The position numbers and the translations under genes were made by a program. Positions 6,303 to 7,582 of a stretch of 7,582 bases of DNA are shown piece after piece. The notes beneath the pieces were generated by a model. It was not told the DNA's origin and did not search any database. It saw only the letters and a list, made by a program, of their open reading frames with translations. Each line of letters begins with the position of its first letter. The stretch's first letter is position 1. The stretch lies in the IMG/VR virus record IMGVR_UViG_3300029516_000112; one strand, 5' to 3'. This stretch comes from a virus. Its lineage: Duplodnaviria; Heunggongvirae; Uroviricota; Caudoviricetes.

Positions 6303-7582
6303 ATGGGTTTTTCATCAGCCCGAAATTTGGGAAGGGACATATCGGCAGGATTTTCCCCACCACGTCGCATGCCGATTTCGGAGGCTGTTAAAAAATTCAT
6401 GCGTGTTCCCAAGGGGGCTGGTAACTCGGTGCCATGGGATCCTGAACTGACACCCTACATCATTGAGCCCATGAACTGCCTGGCATCGCGTGAATACGAT
6501 GCGGTGATTTTTGTTGGTCCTGCGCGAACAGGGAAGACCATTGGTCTGATCGATGGATGGATTGTCTATACCATCGTTTGCGATCCTTCGGACATGCTCG
6601 TTGTGCAGATGACCGAAGATAAGGCCCGCGAGCATTCTAAAAAGCGCCTCGACAGAACGTTCAGAAGCAGTGCGGCGGTAAAGAAAAGAATGAGTCCACG
6701 TCGTAACGACAATAATGTCCATGATAAGACGTTCAGGGATGGCTCGTTCCTTAAAATTGGTTGGCCCTCGGTCAACATTATGTCGTCGTCGGATTACCGG
6801 TTTGTCGCCTTAACCGATTACGACCGTTTTCCGGAGAATATCGACAGCGAGGGTGATGGTTTCTCCCTGGCCTCAAAACGTACCACCACATTTATGTCCG
6901 CCGGGATGACTCTGGTGGAGAGCTCGCCGGGACGTGACATCTGCGACAGCAAATGGCGACGTAAGTCGCCTCATGAAGCGCCACCGACGACTGGTATTCT
7001 TTCCCTTTACAATCGTGGTGACCGCCGCCGCTGGTACTGGCCATGTCCGCACTGCGGTGAATATTTTCAGCCAGCTATGGATGCCATGACCGGCTACCGT
7101 AATGAACCGGATCCCTTTAAAGCCAGTGAGGCGGCGTATCTACTTTGCCCGCACTGCAGCGGCATTATCACTGCGGAGAAAAAGCGTGAGCTCAATAGTG
7201 CAGGAGTCTGGTTACGTGAAGGTCAGGTCATTGATCGTAACGGCAACGTTTCCGGTGAACCGCGCCGCTCCCGTATCGCCAGTTTCTGGATGGAAGGGCC
7301 AGCTGCTGCGTATCAGACCTGGGCGCAACTGGTTTACAAATTACTGACTGCAGAACAGGAGTATGAAGCGACAGGAAGCGAAGAAACACTCAGGGCGGTT
7401 ATCAACACCGACTGGGGATTACCTTATCTTCCTCGTGCCAGCATGGAGCAACGAAAAAGTGAACTGCTTGAGCAGCGGGCAGAGCCAGTTCCTTCCCGCA
7501 GTGTTCCGGATGGCGTTAATTTCCTTGTGGCGACAGTGGATGTGCAGGCGGGACGTCATCGCCGTTTTGTGGTTCAGGTAAC
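6303..7582 (+). CDS. Terminase large subunit, lambda gpA family (3'-truncated by window edge)
   Basis: Open frame from ATG 6303 (AGGAGG 4 nt upstream) to the window end, at least 426 codons. Contains Walker A VGPARTGKT and a CPHCGE motif comparable to lambda gpA ACPHCGEE. The minus-strand ORFs at 6089-6778 overlap it and are taken as spurious. Confidence 0.9.
   Translation, partial: MGFSSARNLGRDISAGFSPPRRMPISEAVKKFMRVPKGAGNSVPWDPELTPYIIEPMNCLASREYDAVIFVGPARTGKTIGLIDGWIVYTIVCDPSDMLVVQMTEDKAREHSKKRLDRTFRSSAAVKKRMSPRRNDNNVHDKTFRDGSFLKIGWPSVNIMSSSDYRFVALTDYDRFPENIDSEGDGFSLASKRTTTFMSAGMTLVESSPGRDICDSKWRRKSPHEAPPTTGILSLYNRGDRRRWYWPCPHCGEYFQPAMDAMTGYRNEPDPFKASEAAYLLCPHCSGIITAEKKRELNSAGVWLREGQVIDRNGNVSGEPRRSRIASFWMEGPAAAYQTWAQLVYKLLTAEQEYEATGSEETLRAVINTDWGLPYLPRASMEQRKSELLEQRAEPVPSRSVPDGVNFLVATVDVQAGRHRRFVVQV

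Noticed and set aside
5770-6778. Minus-strand ORFs (69, 107, 135, 70 aa) antisense to the terminase genes
   Set aside because: They overlap terminase ORFs that have clear motifs (HTH, Walker A, CPHCGE); long antisense open frames are expected in GC-rich coding DNA.

Overview
This window reads as the late-region/packaging junction of a lambdoid, Qin-like prophage from an Escherichia-type enterobacterium, all genes on the + strand. Left to right: a possible 3' end of an upstream gene (candidate Q antiterminator by position only); two tandem paralogous lipoproteins whose C-terminal domains resemble the C-terminal domain of TolA (TolAIII); a strong terminator; a complete lysis cassette (S21-type dual-start pinholin, YdfR-like small protein, SAR endolysin of the T4-lysozyme type, Rz with embedded Rz1); a cold-shock accessory cluster (cspI, ynfN-like, gnsB); a 109-bp miniature element with IS5-type terminal inverted repeats and a CTAG target duplication; a small hypothetical ORF; a lambda-like cos site; and the small and 5' part of the large terminase subunit. 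The most interesting unexplained cargo is the TolAIII-lipoprotein pair sitting in the slot that Stx phages use for toxin genes. No rRNA, tRNA or CRISPR array was seen. All homology statements rest on my recollection of reference sequences and on synteny; no database search was run.
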